64,000 nucleotides of DNA from Alphaproteobacteria bacterium. GTDB taxonomy: Bacteria > Pseudomonadota > Alphaproteobacteria > Rs-D84. Under the pieces are notes generated by a model, which worked only from the letters and a program-made list of their open reading frames with translations, had not been told where the DNA came from and did no database searches. This document shows positions 17,604 through 27,077 of the stretch, piece after piece. The DNA is taken from assembly GCA_031555055.1 (NCBI GenBank), contig JAVBUT010000002.1, positions 75,370 to 139,369 of the forward strand, in the 5' to 3' direction. The position numbers were made by a program, and so were the translations under genes. The number at the start of each line of letters is the position of its first letter. Positions within the stretch are counted from its first letter, which is position 1.

Positions 17604-18310
17604 TGAAATTAACACCGGAAATTTATTTTCGCGAAGTGCCCCGGGTTCTGGACATGGATATCCGGACAGAGTTATACACGACAAATGAATTCACATTGGC
17701 GGTGGCGGTGATTTTGTCGGCCCAGACAACCGACAAACAGGTTAACACTGTGACGCCAACGCTGTTCGCGATTGCAGACACGCCGGAAAAGATGTTGGTT
17801 TTGGGCGAAAATGGTTTGAAAAACCATATCAAAACAATTTCATTTTTTAATAACAAGGCAAAAAACATTATCGGATTATCAGTACAACTGGCACAGACTA
17901 ATTACTCCCCCCCTGAGGGGGAGTCGACCGCGCCATCATGCGGGTCGGTGGGGGGTAATTCCGACTGGAAATTTTCACCCGAATACCACAATCGCGACGC
18001 GCTGATGAAATTGCCGGGGATTGGTCAGAAAACCGCGAATGTCATAATGAACGTTTGCTGGGGTGAACCATTGCTGGGGGTGGACACGCACGTATTCCGC
18101 AATGCACACCGTTATGGATGGGTTGATAAATCAGACAATACGCCTGAAAAAGTTGAAGCAAAATTAATGAAATTTATTCCGAAAAAGTACCACGCAATGG
18201 CGAATCACGTAATGGTCTTGCACGGGCGTTATATATGCCAGGCCCGCCACCCAAAATGCGGTGAATGTCCGGTTGCAAAATGGTGCGAATCCAAGGATAA
18301 AATTATTTAA
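17603..18310 (+). CDS. nth: endonuclease III with repeat-encoded insertion
   Basis: HhH-GPD features (LPGIGQKTANVIMN, GVDTHVFR) and the 4Fe-4S motif C..R.PKCGECPVAKWC. There are about 22 extra aa (PPEGESTAPSCGSVGGNS...) between the helices compared with E. coli Nth. Confidence 0.85.
   Translation: MKLTPEIYFREVPRVLDMDIRTELYTTNEFTLAVAVILSAQTTDKQVNTVTPTLFAIADTPEKMLVLGENGLKNHIKTISFFNNKAKNIIGLSVQLAQTNYSPPEGESTAPSCGSVGGNSDWKFSPEYHNRDALMKLPGIGQKTANVIMNVCWGEPLLGVDTHVFRNAHRYGWVDKSDNTPEKVEAKLMKFIPKKYHAMANHVMVLHGRYICQARHPKCGECPVAKWCESKDKII
17900..17960. repeat. GC-rich hairpin element (half-size RPE-like copy) inside nth
   Basis: aattactccccccctgagggggagtcgaccgcgccatcatgcgggtcggtggggggtaatt is nearly identical to the left half of the queH element. 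Confidence 0.8.
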
Positions 18311-18311
18311 C

Positions 18312-18350
18312 AAAAACACCGGCCTTTTCATCAAAAAGGCCGGTGTTTTT
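18312..18350. terminator. bidirectional terminator between nth and pheT
   Basis: aaaaacaccggcctttt-catca-aaaaggccggtgttttt. Confidence 0.7.
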
Positions 18351-20335
18351 TATTTTATAAAATCCGTCGCGTCTTGCATGATTTTTACGATCAGCGCGTT
18401 TATTTCATCGGTCTTGAAATCGCGCGGAACAAATGCCAATGTGTATGTAACATTGCGAACTGATTCTTTTGGCTTTTCAAAAACGTCGGCGATTTTGACA
18501 TCCGCAATCTCTTTGAAATTTTTCAAGATAAATTCGGCGACGTCTCCCGCATGCTTGCCATACGGTACCGCAACGGATACATCGCGAACACTGGCAATTG
18601 TTGCGGACGGCGATTCGTATTTGATTTTGCGCGGCGCCAGATTTAACAATTCTTCACAATCAAAGAATTCAAAAATCACGGGCAGATCATTTTTTATATC
18701 CCATTCGGCCAATAACACCGGGTGTATTTCGCCAAAGATGCAAATTTCCCGGCCTTTTGATACAATTTTGCCGCAACGGGTTGGGTGTATGCATGGTTTT
18801 ACACAAAAATCAGCTGCATTGCCATATTCAATCGAATATTCAATACCTAAATCTTTCATCAGATTTTCCAGCAGTCCTTTGACATCCAGTGGCGATATTT
18901 TCGCACCATTCATAACACCCCACAGGACGTTGTGCTCGCCGTCTTTTTGGAAAACCTTGCCCCATTCATAGCACCGAATTTCGCGATTTTTTACATTGAT
19001 ATTTTTCGCAACCAGTTCTGCGGCCTGGACAATCGCATTGTTTTTCATAAACGCATACCCGCCGTCCACACTGTTTTCCAGCGCGATATGATCCGCAACC
19101 GGCGACATATTGGCGTGTTTCGGCGAATACAGATTATCTGTAAATACCTCGTAAAATCCATTATGAACCATGTACGAATCGATTTCTGATTTACGCAACT
19201 GGGCGGATGTTGGTTCGGCGCCGATTGTAACCTGTGGCAAACGCGACGACAGATTGTTATAGCCAATCGAACGACACAACTCTTCAATCAAATCGGCGCG
19301 TGTACCCTTGATATCCCATACGCGCCATGTTGGAATCATGTATCCGCCGGGCGTTTTTTCAAACCCGTACCGCGCCAGGCGTTCATCAATTTCCTTGTCC
19401 GTGATCTTGATTTCCAGCGCATTGCGAACATAGTCGCCGGACATTTCGATATATTGTTTTTCAATGCGTTTTGACCGCGCAAAACAGAACTGGCCGTTTG
19501 GTTCCCAACCCATGTCCGAATACAGTTTATGCGCACGCGCAGCCCCCGCACATATCGCGGAAATATCGCCACCACGTTCGAATATCTGGGCGGCAATTGT
19601 CGGCTTTTCCAACAACGCACGTTCAGTCCGGCGGATAGATACAGGATCAAACAGCGCGGTTTCAAATAATATATTGGTTGTGTTTTCATCAACGTCCGCG
19701 CCATGGCATCCGATAACGCCACCAACGCATAAAATCTTTTCATCGTCGGCGATTACCACAGTGCCAGCCGGCAATTCGGTCATGCCTTCGTGAAATAACA
19801 GGGCGGCCATTTCGCCCTTTTTTGTTTCGCGTACATGGATTTTGCCAACAATCTTGTCTGCGTCGTATATGTGCGCCGGCTGGCCGTATTCCAACAAGAC
19901 GACATTTGTCACGTCAATTGCCGGCAAAATCACGTTAACACCGCTGGCGGTCAGCATTTCAGTGTAGTTTGCCGGTGTTTTGACATGTTTTTTGAATTTA
20001 TAAGGCGTTAACGAGAACGCGATACACTTATCTGTTTCCAATTCGAACAGGTGTTTTTGACCTGGTGTTTTGATATATTTCGAATCAGCATCATATTCGT
20101 GATCATCCTGCATAACGGGCGTTGATTTCGGAATAGTGATTTTTCCACCCGTGCGTCCAGAAATTTCACGCGCCAATCCCATATAGCAATAATGATCACC
20201 ACGATTGGCCAGCAATTCCAAGTTTATAATATCACCATCGACGGTTTTAACCTCTAACCCGACATCCTCCATCAGATCGATCCAGTCTTTTGGCAGATCG
20301 ACAAATGTTTTTAATGTTTTTAAAAAGAACTTCAT
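18350..20335 (-). CDS. pheT: phenylalanyl-tRNA synthetase beta subunit lacking the N-terminal B2 (tRNA-binding OB) domain
   Basis: MKFFLKTLKTFVDL...GLEVKTVDGDIINLELLANRGDHYCYMGLAREI joins B1 directly to the segment that follows B2 in E. coli PheT. It is 661 aa against about 795 aa. Confidence 0.85.
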   Translation of the reverse strand: MKFFLKTLKTFVDLPKDWIDLMEDVGLEVKTVDGDIINLELLANRGDHYCYMGLAREISGRTGGKITIPKSTPVMQDDHEYDADSKYIKTPGQKHLFELETDKCIAFSLTPYKFKKHVKTPANYTEMLTASGVNVILPAIDVTNVVLLEYGQPAHIYDADKIVGKIHVRETKKGEMAALLFHEGMTELPAGTVVIADDEKILCVGGVIGCHGADVDENTTNILFETALFDPVSIRRTERALLEKPTIAAQIFERGGDISAICAGAARAHKLYSDMGWEPNGQFCFARSKRIEKQYIEMSGDYVRNALEIKITDKEIDERLARYGFEKTPGGYMIPTWRVWDIKGTRADLIEELCRSIGYNNLSSRLPQVTIGAEPTSAQLRKSEIDSYMVHNGFYEVFTDNLYSPKHANMSPVADHIALENSVDGGYAFMKNNAIVQAAELVAKNINVKNREIRCYEWGKVFQKDGEHNVLWGVMNGAKISPLDVKGLLENLMKDLGIEYSIEYGNAADFCVKPCIHPTRCGKIVSKGREICIFGEIHPVLLAEWDIKNDLPVIFEFFDCEELLNLAPRKIKYESPSATIASVRDVSVAVPYGKHAGDVAEFILKNFKEIADVKIADVFEKPKESVRNVTYTLAFVPRDFKTDEINALIVKIMQDATDFIK

Positions 20336-20345
20336 TTTATACTCC

Positions 20346-20394
20346 GTAATTCGTGACTCGTGATTCGTGACTCGAATTACGAATCACGAATTAA
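20346..20394. repeat. 7-nt array hairpin in the pheS-pheT intercistronic gap
   Basis: gtaattc gtgactc gtgattc gtgactc gaattac gaatcac gaattaa, with inverted matches gtaattcg/cgaattac and cgtgattcg/cgaatcacg. Confidence 0.85.
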
Positions 20395-20397
20395 GAG

Positions 20398-21384
20398 TTA
20401 CGACTTTATCTGTTTAAACACCCGCATATCCATTCCGTACAATTCCCGCATATTTGCGCCGGTAAATTCGCCGGCCAGGCGCGATGTGCCGAATCCGAAT
20501 GCAAAGCCAGTCACGCGGTCCGGATCAAACCCGAAATTTCGCATAACACGTGGCGACACCATTCCCGCGCCCACAATTGTAATCCATTTCCCGGACGCGG
20601 TTTTAATGTCTGCGCCGATTGACGGTTCGGTGTATGGGTAATACTTTGGCTTGAATCGCACTTGGACTTCCGGACCATAAATCTCGCGCAGGATATATTC
20701 CAGCGTACCCTTTAATTCTGAAACTTTCATATCATGACCAACCATCAGACCTTCGAATTGATGAAATATCGCCAGGTGGGTTGCATCGACGGCTTCGTTA
20801 CGATAAACGCGGCCCGGGGAAACAATACGTATCGGCAGTTTGGATTCATCACCTTTTAAATCCATCATATAACGGCTTTGCACGGATGTGGTGTGCGTAC
20901 GCAGGACGATTTTATCTTTCTTGATCCAGAAAGTGTCCTGCATATCGCGGGCAGGGTGGTTTTCATCAATATCCAACAGATCGAAATTGTACTTTGGCTC
21001 CTCTACCTCTGGTCCGGTAACCGCGACAAAGCCCAGACGCGCCATGGCGGCGATACACTTTTCTTCGATAACCGACACCGGGTGGCGCGCGCCGCATTCC
21101 GTACCAATACCCGGCAGGGTCATATCAAAGGTATCATTTTGCAATTTCTGATTTATGATTGCCAATTGCTGATTTTTCTTGGCATTCTCGATCAGTTCTT
21201 CAATTTCCATGCGCAGTTTATTAATTTCAGCACCCGCCGCGGCACGTTTATCCGGCGTCAGATCGCGCAAGGCGTCCATTTGCGCCTTGATCTCGCTTTT
21301 TTTGCCCAAGTATTTGGATTTTATATTATCCAAGTCCTGGGGCGTCTTTGCGCCGGCTAATTCTTTTTGCAGTTCTTTGATCAT
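20398..21384 (-). CDS. pheS: phenylalanyl-tRNA synthetase alpha subunit
   Basis: Class II motifs ([19 protein letters not shown]-like [15 protein letters not shown]) and a typical coiled-coil N-terminus. Confidence 0.9.
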   Translation of the reverse strand: MIKELQKELAGAKTPQDLDNIKSKYLGKKSEIKAQMDALRDLTPDKRAAAGAEINKLRMEIEELIENAKKNQQLAIINQKLQNDTFDMTLPGIGTECGARHPVSVIEEKCIAAMARLGFVAVTGPEVEEPKYNFDLLDIDENHPARDMQDTFWIKKDKIVLRTHTTSVQSRYMMDLKGDESKLPIRIVSPGRVYRNEAVDATHLAIFHQFEGLMVGHDMKVSELKGTLEYILREIYGPEVQVRFKPKYYPYTEPSIGADIKTASGKWITIVGAGMVSPRVMRNFGFDPDRVTGFAFGFGTSRLAGEFTGANMRELYGMDMRVFKQIKS

Positions 21385-21752
21385 AATTTATACTCCGTAC
21401 CCGGTTTTGCGTTTTCTGGCAATTCCAATATCCCGCTGTGGTCGTTCGACAGACCCAGTTCCTTGGCCGAACACATCATGCCAAATGATTCCACCCCGCG
21501 CAAGGCAATCGGCGCCAGTGCGTCCGTTTCCCCAGGCAAGATCGCCCCAGGGCGGGCCAATACGCCGACAAACCCCGCACGTACGTTCGGTGCGCCACAG
21601 ACGATCTGCTGTATGTCGCCGCACCCGCAATCAACGCGCAGCACATGCAGCCGGTCCGCATTCGGATGTTTTTCAACCGCGATGATTTTCGCGACGACCA
21701 GTGTCGGTGCGGATTTTTCTTTTTTTGAAAATAATTTTTTTAACCAGTTCAT
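21381..21752 (-). CDS. stand-alone tRNA-binding OB-fold protein equivalent to the PheT B2 domain
   Basis: [25 protein letters not shown]...[11 protein letters not shown]...[29 protein letters not shown] aligns motif for motif with E. coli PheT residues about 45-150. Its stop overlaps the pheS start (ATGA). Confidence 0.8.
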   Translation of the reverse strand: MNWLKKLFSKKEKSAPTLVVAKIIAVEKHPNADRLHVLRVDCGCGDIQQIVCGAPNVRAGFVGVLARPGAILPGETDALAPIALRGVESFGMMCSAKELGLSNDHSGILELPENAKPGTEYKL

Positions 21753-21795
21753 ATTCTATCCGTTTTGTCTTTGGGCGAATATAATTCGCCCATAT

Positions 21796-21824
21796 GAAAA
21801 ACAAACCTGCCGATTGGCAGGTTT
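21796..21824 (-). terminator. hairpin with T tract between rplT and the pheS operon
   Basis: On the minus strand this reads aaacctgcc-aatc-ggcaggtttgttttt. Confidence 0.55.
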
Positions 21825-21856
21825 ATTATTACAAATCAAAACCACCCCGCCAAGGC

Positions 21857-22225
21857 TTATTTAGCATCTTTGGAGATAAATCGTTTCGCAGTGTCGCACA
21901 GTGTCGCGAAGTTCGCGTCGCCGGCGTACGCCATTTCGGCCAATACTTTGCGATCCAGTTCGATCCCGGCCTTTTTCATGCCGTTCATGAACTGGCTGTA
22001 TGTCAGACCGTTCGCGCGAACCGCCGCATTGATACGGACGATCCACAATGATCTAAAGTCGCGCTTTTTGGTGCGACGATCACGGTATGCATACTGGCCT
22101 GCCTTTTCGGTCTTTTCACGGGCGGCACGGTATGTCGTGCTGTGACGTCCCAGATAGCCTTTGGCGCGTTGCAGAATTTTATTGTGTTTTTGTTTGACGG
22201 TTGTGCCGCGTTTTACTCTTGCCAT
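21857..22225 (-). CDS. rplT: 50S ribosomal protein L20
   Basis: [18 protein letters not shown]..., typical L20. Confidence 0.95.
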   Translation of the reverse strand: MARVKRGTTVKQKHNKILQRAKGYLGRHSTTYRAAREKTEKAGQYAYRDRRTKKRDFRSLWIVRINAAVRANGLTYSQFMNGMKKAGIELDRKVLAEMAYAGDANFATLCDTAKRFISKDAK

Positions 22226-22238
22226 TTTACTGCCCCTT

Positions 22239-22445
22239 TTATTTCTTTAGTCCATAAGGGGTCAAGATTTTAGCCTGTCCCATCATATTGTCATTCAGAT
22301 ATTGCGCCTTGGACCCCTGGTTGTTTGAACGCTTGGTCTTTTTGCGCAACAGTTTTTTGTGGCTGTTTCTGGCAACGCGGATTTTGCCGGTTGCAGTAAT
22401 GCTCGCACGTTTTTTCATGTACGATTTTGTTTTCATTTTTGGCAT
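22239..22445 (-). CDS. rpmI: 50S ribosomal protein L35
   Basis: [22 protein letters not shown]..., typical L35. Confidence 0.9.
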   Translation of the reverse strand: MPKMKTKSYMKKRASITATGKIRVARNSHKKLLRKKTKRSNNQGSKAQYLNDNMMGQAKILTPYGLKK

Positions 22446-22465
22446 TTTAAGCTCCTGTTAGTCGC

Positions 22466-22528
22466 CGTGATTCGTAATTAGTGATTCATGATTCGAAAAC
22501 CATAAATCATAAACTACCAATCATAAAT
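22466..22528. repeat. 7-nt tandem array upstream of rpmI
   Basis: cgtgatt cgtaatt agtgatt catgatt cgaaaac cataaat cataaac taccaat cataaat. A second short array (acgaatc acaagtc acgaatc) lies at 22613-22636. Confidence 0.8.
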
Positions 22529-22710
22529 TAAGCTTTGATGGCAACGCCGTGCCATTTCAAGCCCGCCAATTATTGCTTAAAATATAAAAAAAGCAAGTTT
22601 TTTATTCGATTTACGAATCACAAGTCACGAATCACGTTTAAGTTTTTATTGAATGTTATGATTTTAAATATTACCCTGACCCTGTAAAACACATTCCCGG
22701 ACATAATGTT

Positions 22711-23532
22711 ATGAACCAAAAAAAGATATCTTCACGCGTTTATCAGATAGTTAAATCCGCCCTGGCGGCCGCAATTTTGCCGGTGTTTTTGATATATATT
22801 ATGATTGATAAGCCCGATTACAGGATAATGAACGCCGCGTCCCATGTCGTTCTGCCGGTGGCGAACTGGGTCGGTGACGTGGTTTCGTGGCCAATCCGCG
22901 CAATCGGCAATGCTGTTGGCGGAATCCGCGAACTGTCGAATCTGCACGACGAGAACGAAGAACTGCGTGCAAAACTGGACGAAAATCTGCAGGCCCGCCA
23001 CGAATACGATGTCGCAATATCGGAAAACCAGCGTCTGCGCCGGGAATTGGACATTGCGCGCGCCATGCCGCAAAAGGTGATCGTCGCCGGCGTTTCGTAC
23101 GATAATTCCGCATTTCATCATAATACGTTCTTTATAAACAAGGGTGTAAACGCCGGGATAGAAGCCGGCATGGCGGTCGTGTCGTTTGACCGCGTCTTGG
23201 TCGGCATAGTATCCGATGTTGGCGCGAATTTCGCACGGGTGCGCGCGCTGGCCGATTCCAAGTCAAATATTCCGGTCCGCATCGCCGGATCAGAAGTATA
23301 TGGATTTTTGGCCGGCAACGGTTCTGACGGGGCATCAATCGGATTTTTGAGTGATCCGGAATTCCAGGCGACACCAGGGCTAAAACTGATCACCAGCAGC
23401 ATTCGCGGCGTATTGCCGGACGGAATTTATGTCGGCGAAATGACAAACGACAAAGACGTTAACATTCTGCCAATGTCGCGCGTCAGCGATGTAATGGTGC
23501 TGCAGTTTAATAACAAGGACAGATATAAGTGA
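22711..23532 (+). CDS. mreC: rod shape-determining protein MreC
   Basis: N-terminal TM segment, coiled coil (ENEELRAKLDEN...NQRLRREL) and beta-barrel domains (GMAVVS...LVGIVSDV). It sits upstream of mreD, mrdA and rodA. Confidence 0.85.
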   Translation: MNQKKISSRVYQIVKSALAAAILPVFLIYIMIDKPDYRIMNAASHVVLPVANWVGDVVSWPIRAIGNAVGGIRELSNLHDENEELRAKLDENLQARHEYDVAISENQRLRRELDIARAMPQKVIVAGVSYDNSAFHHNTFFINKGVNAGIEAGMAVVSFDRVLVGIVSDVGANFARVRALADSKSNIPVRIAGSEVYGFLAGNGSDGASIGFLSDPEFQATPGLKLITSSIRGVLPDGIYVGEMTNDKDVNILPMSRVSDVMVLQFNNKDRYK

Positions 23533-23591
23533 CAGTGTCAGTGTCAGTTACAGAAAAGGTTACTGACACTGACACTGACACTGACACCGAC
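23533..23591. repeat. hexamer-array hairpin (GTGACA)n / (TGACAC)n in the mreC-mreD gap
   Basis: gtgacagtgtcagtgtcagt-tacagaaaaggtta-ctgacactgacactgacactgacac. A near-identical copy lies at 47906-47968. Confidence 0.85.
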
Positions 23592-24032
23592 ATGAAATAC
23601 ATACGTCTCATCTTTCCGTTTCTGGTCACGATTTTATTGTGGCGGTTATCGGTGCCGTTTTGGAATCCGGCCGGTATTCTGGCCATGATTCCGATATTCT
23701 ATTATTCTTTTATTCGCCCAACGCCATGGTTTGCGCCATTCGCAGGAATTTTTTGTTTTTTGATCGACTATCGGTTTGATACACTGTTGTTTTGGACATC
23801 ATTGTACTGTTTGTTTTACGCGGTGAACGGATTGCAGAACTTTGTCGATCTGACACGGCAAAAGTACGACGGCGCACTGGTGTTCCTGGGATACTTTGGC
23901 GCCGCATTGCTGATACTGGCGCTGATGGGATGGAACTGGACCGGACTGGCGCGCGCTATATGGCTGTTTCTGTGGGCTGGAATATGGTATATGCCTTTTA
24001 CATCATTATCAAAAAGGTTGCTTGATGATTGA
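23592..24032 (+). CDS. mreD: rod shape-determining protein MreD
   Basis: Multi-pass hydrophobic protein of about 146 aa in mreC-mrdA context. I prefer ATG 23592 to GTG 23529, whose extra residues are purely repeat-encoded (TVSVSVTEKVTDTDTDTDTD). Confidence 0.7.
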   Translation: MKYIRLIFPFLVTILLWRLSVPFWNPAGILAMIPIFYYSFIRPTPWFAPFAGIFCFLIDYRFDTLLFWTSLYCLFYAVNGLQNFVDLTRQKYDGALVFLGYFGAALLILALMGWNWTGLARAIWLFLWAGIWYMPFTSLSKRLLDD

Positions 24033-25797
24033 TACCGAAGTAGCACGGCTTTTTGACCGACGCAGCGCGCTGTTTCTGACGGCGGGCGCCGTGCTGACGT
24101 CCGTGCTGGTCATGCGCATGCTGCAGATGCAGGTATTCAATTACGGCGATTATAAAAAGAAATCGGAAAACAATTCATTTCGCATCCAGATAAATATGCC
24201 CGAACGCGGAAAAATCTTATCCGCGCGCGGCATGCCGATATCGCGCGACGCCCCGATTTACCGCATATACATCATCCCCGAAGAATCCGATGACGTGGAA
24301 AAACTGGTCGCGACGGTGGCATCAGAATTAAAACTGCGACAAAAGCGTATCGACAAGATATTCGCACGAATAAAAAAACAGGCACGGTTCCAGCCTGTAC
24401 TGATCAGTGAAAATTCCGACTGGAATACGCTGGCGGGACTGCAGGCGCAAAACCTGGCGGGACTACACATACGCAGCGGATTTGCGCGCATATACGAACT
24501 GGGGCCCGCCGGGGCGCAGATTTTCGGATATGTCGGCGTGCCGGACCGCCCGGTTCCAAACGCGCCGTTCTATGCCACAGGCATAACGGGCCTGGAAAAA
24601 ACATTCAATGATTCCCTGATCGGAAAACCCGGCCAGACAGTGATGATTGCAAACGCGGTCGGACGCATAACCGGCGAAGACAAATCACAGTATATCCCAG
24701 GCGAAGTCGGAACAAATTTAAAAACCACAATCAATGAGAATATCCAGCGCAGACTCCAGGACTCGCTGACTATGAACCGTTCCGGGTGCGGCGTCGCGAT
24801 TGAAATAAAGACCGGAAATATTCTGGCGATGGTATCCGCCCCCAGCTTTGACCCTAATAATTTCAGAAACGACGACGGCGACGAATACATAGCGTCATTG
24901 CGCGATGATCCGGCCAAGCCGTTCATGAACAAGGCACTAGAAGGATTATACCCGCCGGGATCGACATTTAAAATCGTGGTGGCGTTGGCCGCGCTGGAAT
25001 CCGGCGCGCTGTTGCCGTCTGAAAAGATATTCTGTCCGGGCCACTGGGATTACGGCGACCGGCGGTTTAACTGTTGGGAACCAAAGGGCCACGGATACGT
25101 TGACCTGGAAGACGCGTTAAAACATTCGTGCGACACGTATTTCTATCAGATCGCACTGCGCATTGGTATCGACGCGATCAAGGCGATGGGGATACGGCTG
25201 GGGCTGACCGACAAATACATGCACGACATTCTGCCACGCGAAATGGCCGGAATAATCCCGGACCGCCAGTGGAAAGAAAAAAATATCGGATCGCGCTGGA
25301 TGCACGGCGACACGGTTATATCCGGCATCGGCCAGGGATTCATACTGTCCAACTGTCTGGAATTGGCCATAATGATGGCGCGCGTGGCCAGCAATAAAAT
25401 CATATTGCCGCGACTTATTAACGGGAATCAGGAATCAGGCTTCAAGGCTTTGGGTCTGCAGAAAAAAAACATTGATGCGGTGCTCAAAGGACTCGAAGGC
25501 GTTTTGCAGGCCGGCGGTACCGCATCGGGCAGCGCGATCAACGTAGGCGGCAAGAAAATGGGTGGCAAAACCGGCACATCCCAAGTGCGCAGCATATCAC
25601 GCGCAGAGCGCGAAACGGGCGTCCTGACCAACGAACAGTTAAAGTGGAACATGCGAAACCACGGATTGTTTGTGGGATATGCGCCGACAAACAATCCGAA
25701 ATATGTCATATGCACTATAACGGAACATTCCGGCAGCAGCGGTCCCGCCGCGCGCGCCGCCGCGGATGCAATGAAGGAATTATTAAAGGAGATATGA
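24025..25797 (+). CDS. mrdA: penicillin-binding protein 2 (elongasome transpeptidase)
   Basis: Active-site STFK (PPGSTFKIV) and KTGT (GGKTGTSQV), in mreCD-rodA context. Confidence 0.9.
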   Translation: MIDTEVARLFDRRSALFLTAGAVLTSVLVMRMLQMQVFNYGDYKKKSENNSFRIQINMPERGKILSARGMPISRDAPIYRIYIIPEESDDVEKLVATVASELKLRQKRIDKIFARIKKQARFQPVLISENSDWNTLAGLQAQNLAGLHIRSGFARIYELGPAGAQIFGYVGVPDRPVPNAPFYATGITGLEKTFNDSLIGKPGQTVMIANAVGRITGEDKSQYIPGEVGTNLKTTINENIQRRLQDSLTMNRSGCGVAIEIKTGNILAMVSAPSFDPNNFRNDDGDEYIASLRDDPAKPFMNKALEGLYPPGSTFKIVVALAALESGALLPSEKIFCPGHWDYGDRRFNCWEPKGHGYVDLEDALKHSCDTYFYQIALRIGIDAIKAMGIRLGLTDKYMHDILPREMAGIIPDRQWKEKNIGSRWMHGDTVISGIGQGFILSNCLELAIMMARVASNKIILPRLINGNQESGFKALGLQKKNIDAVLKGLEGVLQAGGTASGSAINVGGKKMGGKTGTSQVRSISRAERETGVLTNEQLKWNMRNHGLFVGYAPTNNPKYVICTITEHSGSSGPAARAAADAMKELLKEI

Positions 25798-25850
25798 AAT
25801 AGTAGATAAAATTGATCTTATGCAAATATCTAATATCTAGTATCTAAAAA

Positions 25851-27008
25851 ATGGAGTTTTTTGTGGCACGACAGACAAGAGTTTCTAATGCAAACATGAT
25901 GACACTGTCCGAAAAGCTAAAGCGCTTTTCCTGGGCATTGTTTGTGCCGATGTGTTTGGTTCTGACACTGTCGATCATTGTTCTTTATTCGGCCGGCGGC
26001 GGGTCTTGGCATCCGTTCGCATTGTCCCAGTTAAGCAAAATGGCACTGGGGTTCGCCGTGTTCTTTTTCGCGGCCTTTTCAAACATAAAGCTGTGGGTGA
26101 AATCCGCATACTGGATATATGCGATCGCGTTAATACTGATAATACTGGTGACATTCGTCGGGCATACCGGCATGGGCGCCCAGCGGTGGCTGGACCTGGG
26201 GATCATGCATGTCCAACCGTCCGAATTGATCAAAATTGCGCTGGTTTTGGCATTGGCGCGATACTTTGCATGGATGAATTCTGTCGAATTGTCCCAATTG
26301 AAAAAATATCTGATCCCGTTCGGCATGCTGCTGGTGCCGTTTTTATTGATTGTATTACAGCCGGATTTGGGCACGGCGGTATCATTGGCGCTGATCACGA
26401 TCGGAATGTTCTATATCGTCGGCGCGAACAAGAAATGGTTTTTGGTCGGCGCGATATTGGCCGCGCTGGCCGCGCCGGTTGTGTGGTTTGGCGGAATGCA
26501 TGATTACCAGCGCGAAAGAATCATTACTTTTGTGGATTCCGACCATGATTCCCAAGGGTCCGGATACCAGATAAACCAGGCAAAGATCGCATTCGGGTCC
26601 GGCGGTTTTGTCGGCAAGGGATATATGTCCGGCACCCAGTCCCAACAGCAGTTTCTGCCGGAAAAACAAACCGATTTCATCTTTACCATGCTGGGCGAGG
26701 AATTCGGATTCGCGGGCGCGTTCGCATTATTGATCATCTATTCCGCGATCACGGCGATACTGTTCTGGATGGCGAAAACGTGCAGGAACAGATTCGGCCA
26801 ATTGGTCTGTTTTGGTTTTATGTTGAACTTTTTCATTTATTACTTTATAAATATCGCCATGGTCTTGGGATTGATGCCGACGGTCGGGGTACCGTTGCCG
26901 TTGATGTCATTCGGCGGCAGTTCGCTGTTATCCCTGATGTTTGGGTTCGGCCTGTGCCAGAATGCGCATATAAACAAAGACCAGCAATTAAGCGCCAAGG
27001 GCTTTTAG
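25851..27008 (+). CDS. rodA: peptidoglycan glycosyltransferase RodA (SEDS family)
   Basis: Polytopic SEDS pattern (QPSELIKI, LQPDLGTA, EKQTDFIF, GVPLPLMSFGGSS). Confidence 0.9.
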   Translation: MEFFVARQTRVSNANMMTLSEKLKRFSWALFVPMCLVLTLSIIVLYSAGGGSWHPFALSQLSKMALGFAVFFFAAFSNIKLWVKSAYWIYAIALILIILVTFVGHTGMGAQRWLDLGIMHVQPSELIKIALVLALARYFAWMNSVELSQLKKYLIPFGMLLVPFLLIVLQPDLGTAVSLALITIGMFYIVGANKKWFLVGAILAALAAPVVWFGGMHDYQRERIITFVDSDHDSQGSGYQINQAKIAFGSGGFVGKGYMSGTQSQQQFLPEKQTDFIFTMLGEEFGFAGAFALLIIYSAITAILFWMAKTCRNRFGQLVCFGFMLNFFIYYFINIAMVLGLMPTVGVPLPLMSFGGSSLLSLMFGFGLCQNAHINKDQQLSAKGF

Positions 27009-27064
27009 AGGTTTAAGGTTTGAGGTTTGAGACCTCCTGCCACAAACCTTCTACCTCAAACCTA
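27009..27064. repeat. 7-nt array hairpin (AGGTTTG family) between rodA and topA
   Basis: gaggttt aaggttt gaggttt gag ... tacctcaaacct, with arms inverted. Confidence 0.8.
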
Positions 27065-27077
27065 AAAAGAGTATATA

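Noticed and set aside
21753-21856. pheM-like Phe-rich leader peptide attenuator between rplT and the pheS operon
   Set aside because: Two hairpins are present, one of them terminator-like. No short ORF with consecutive Phe codons exists in the 100-nt leader.
23529-23591. GTG 23529 as the mreD start (the 167-aa version in the ORF track)
   Set aside because: The extra 21 residues are encoded entirely by the hexamer hairpin. The twin element at 47906-47968 is clearly non-coding, sitting between a stop and an ATG. ATG 23592 gives a normal MreD N-terminus. The longer form cannot be formally excluded.
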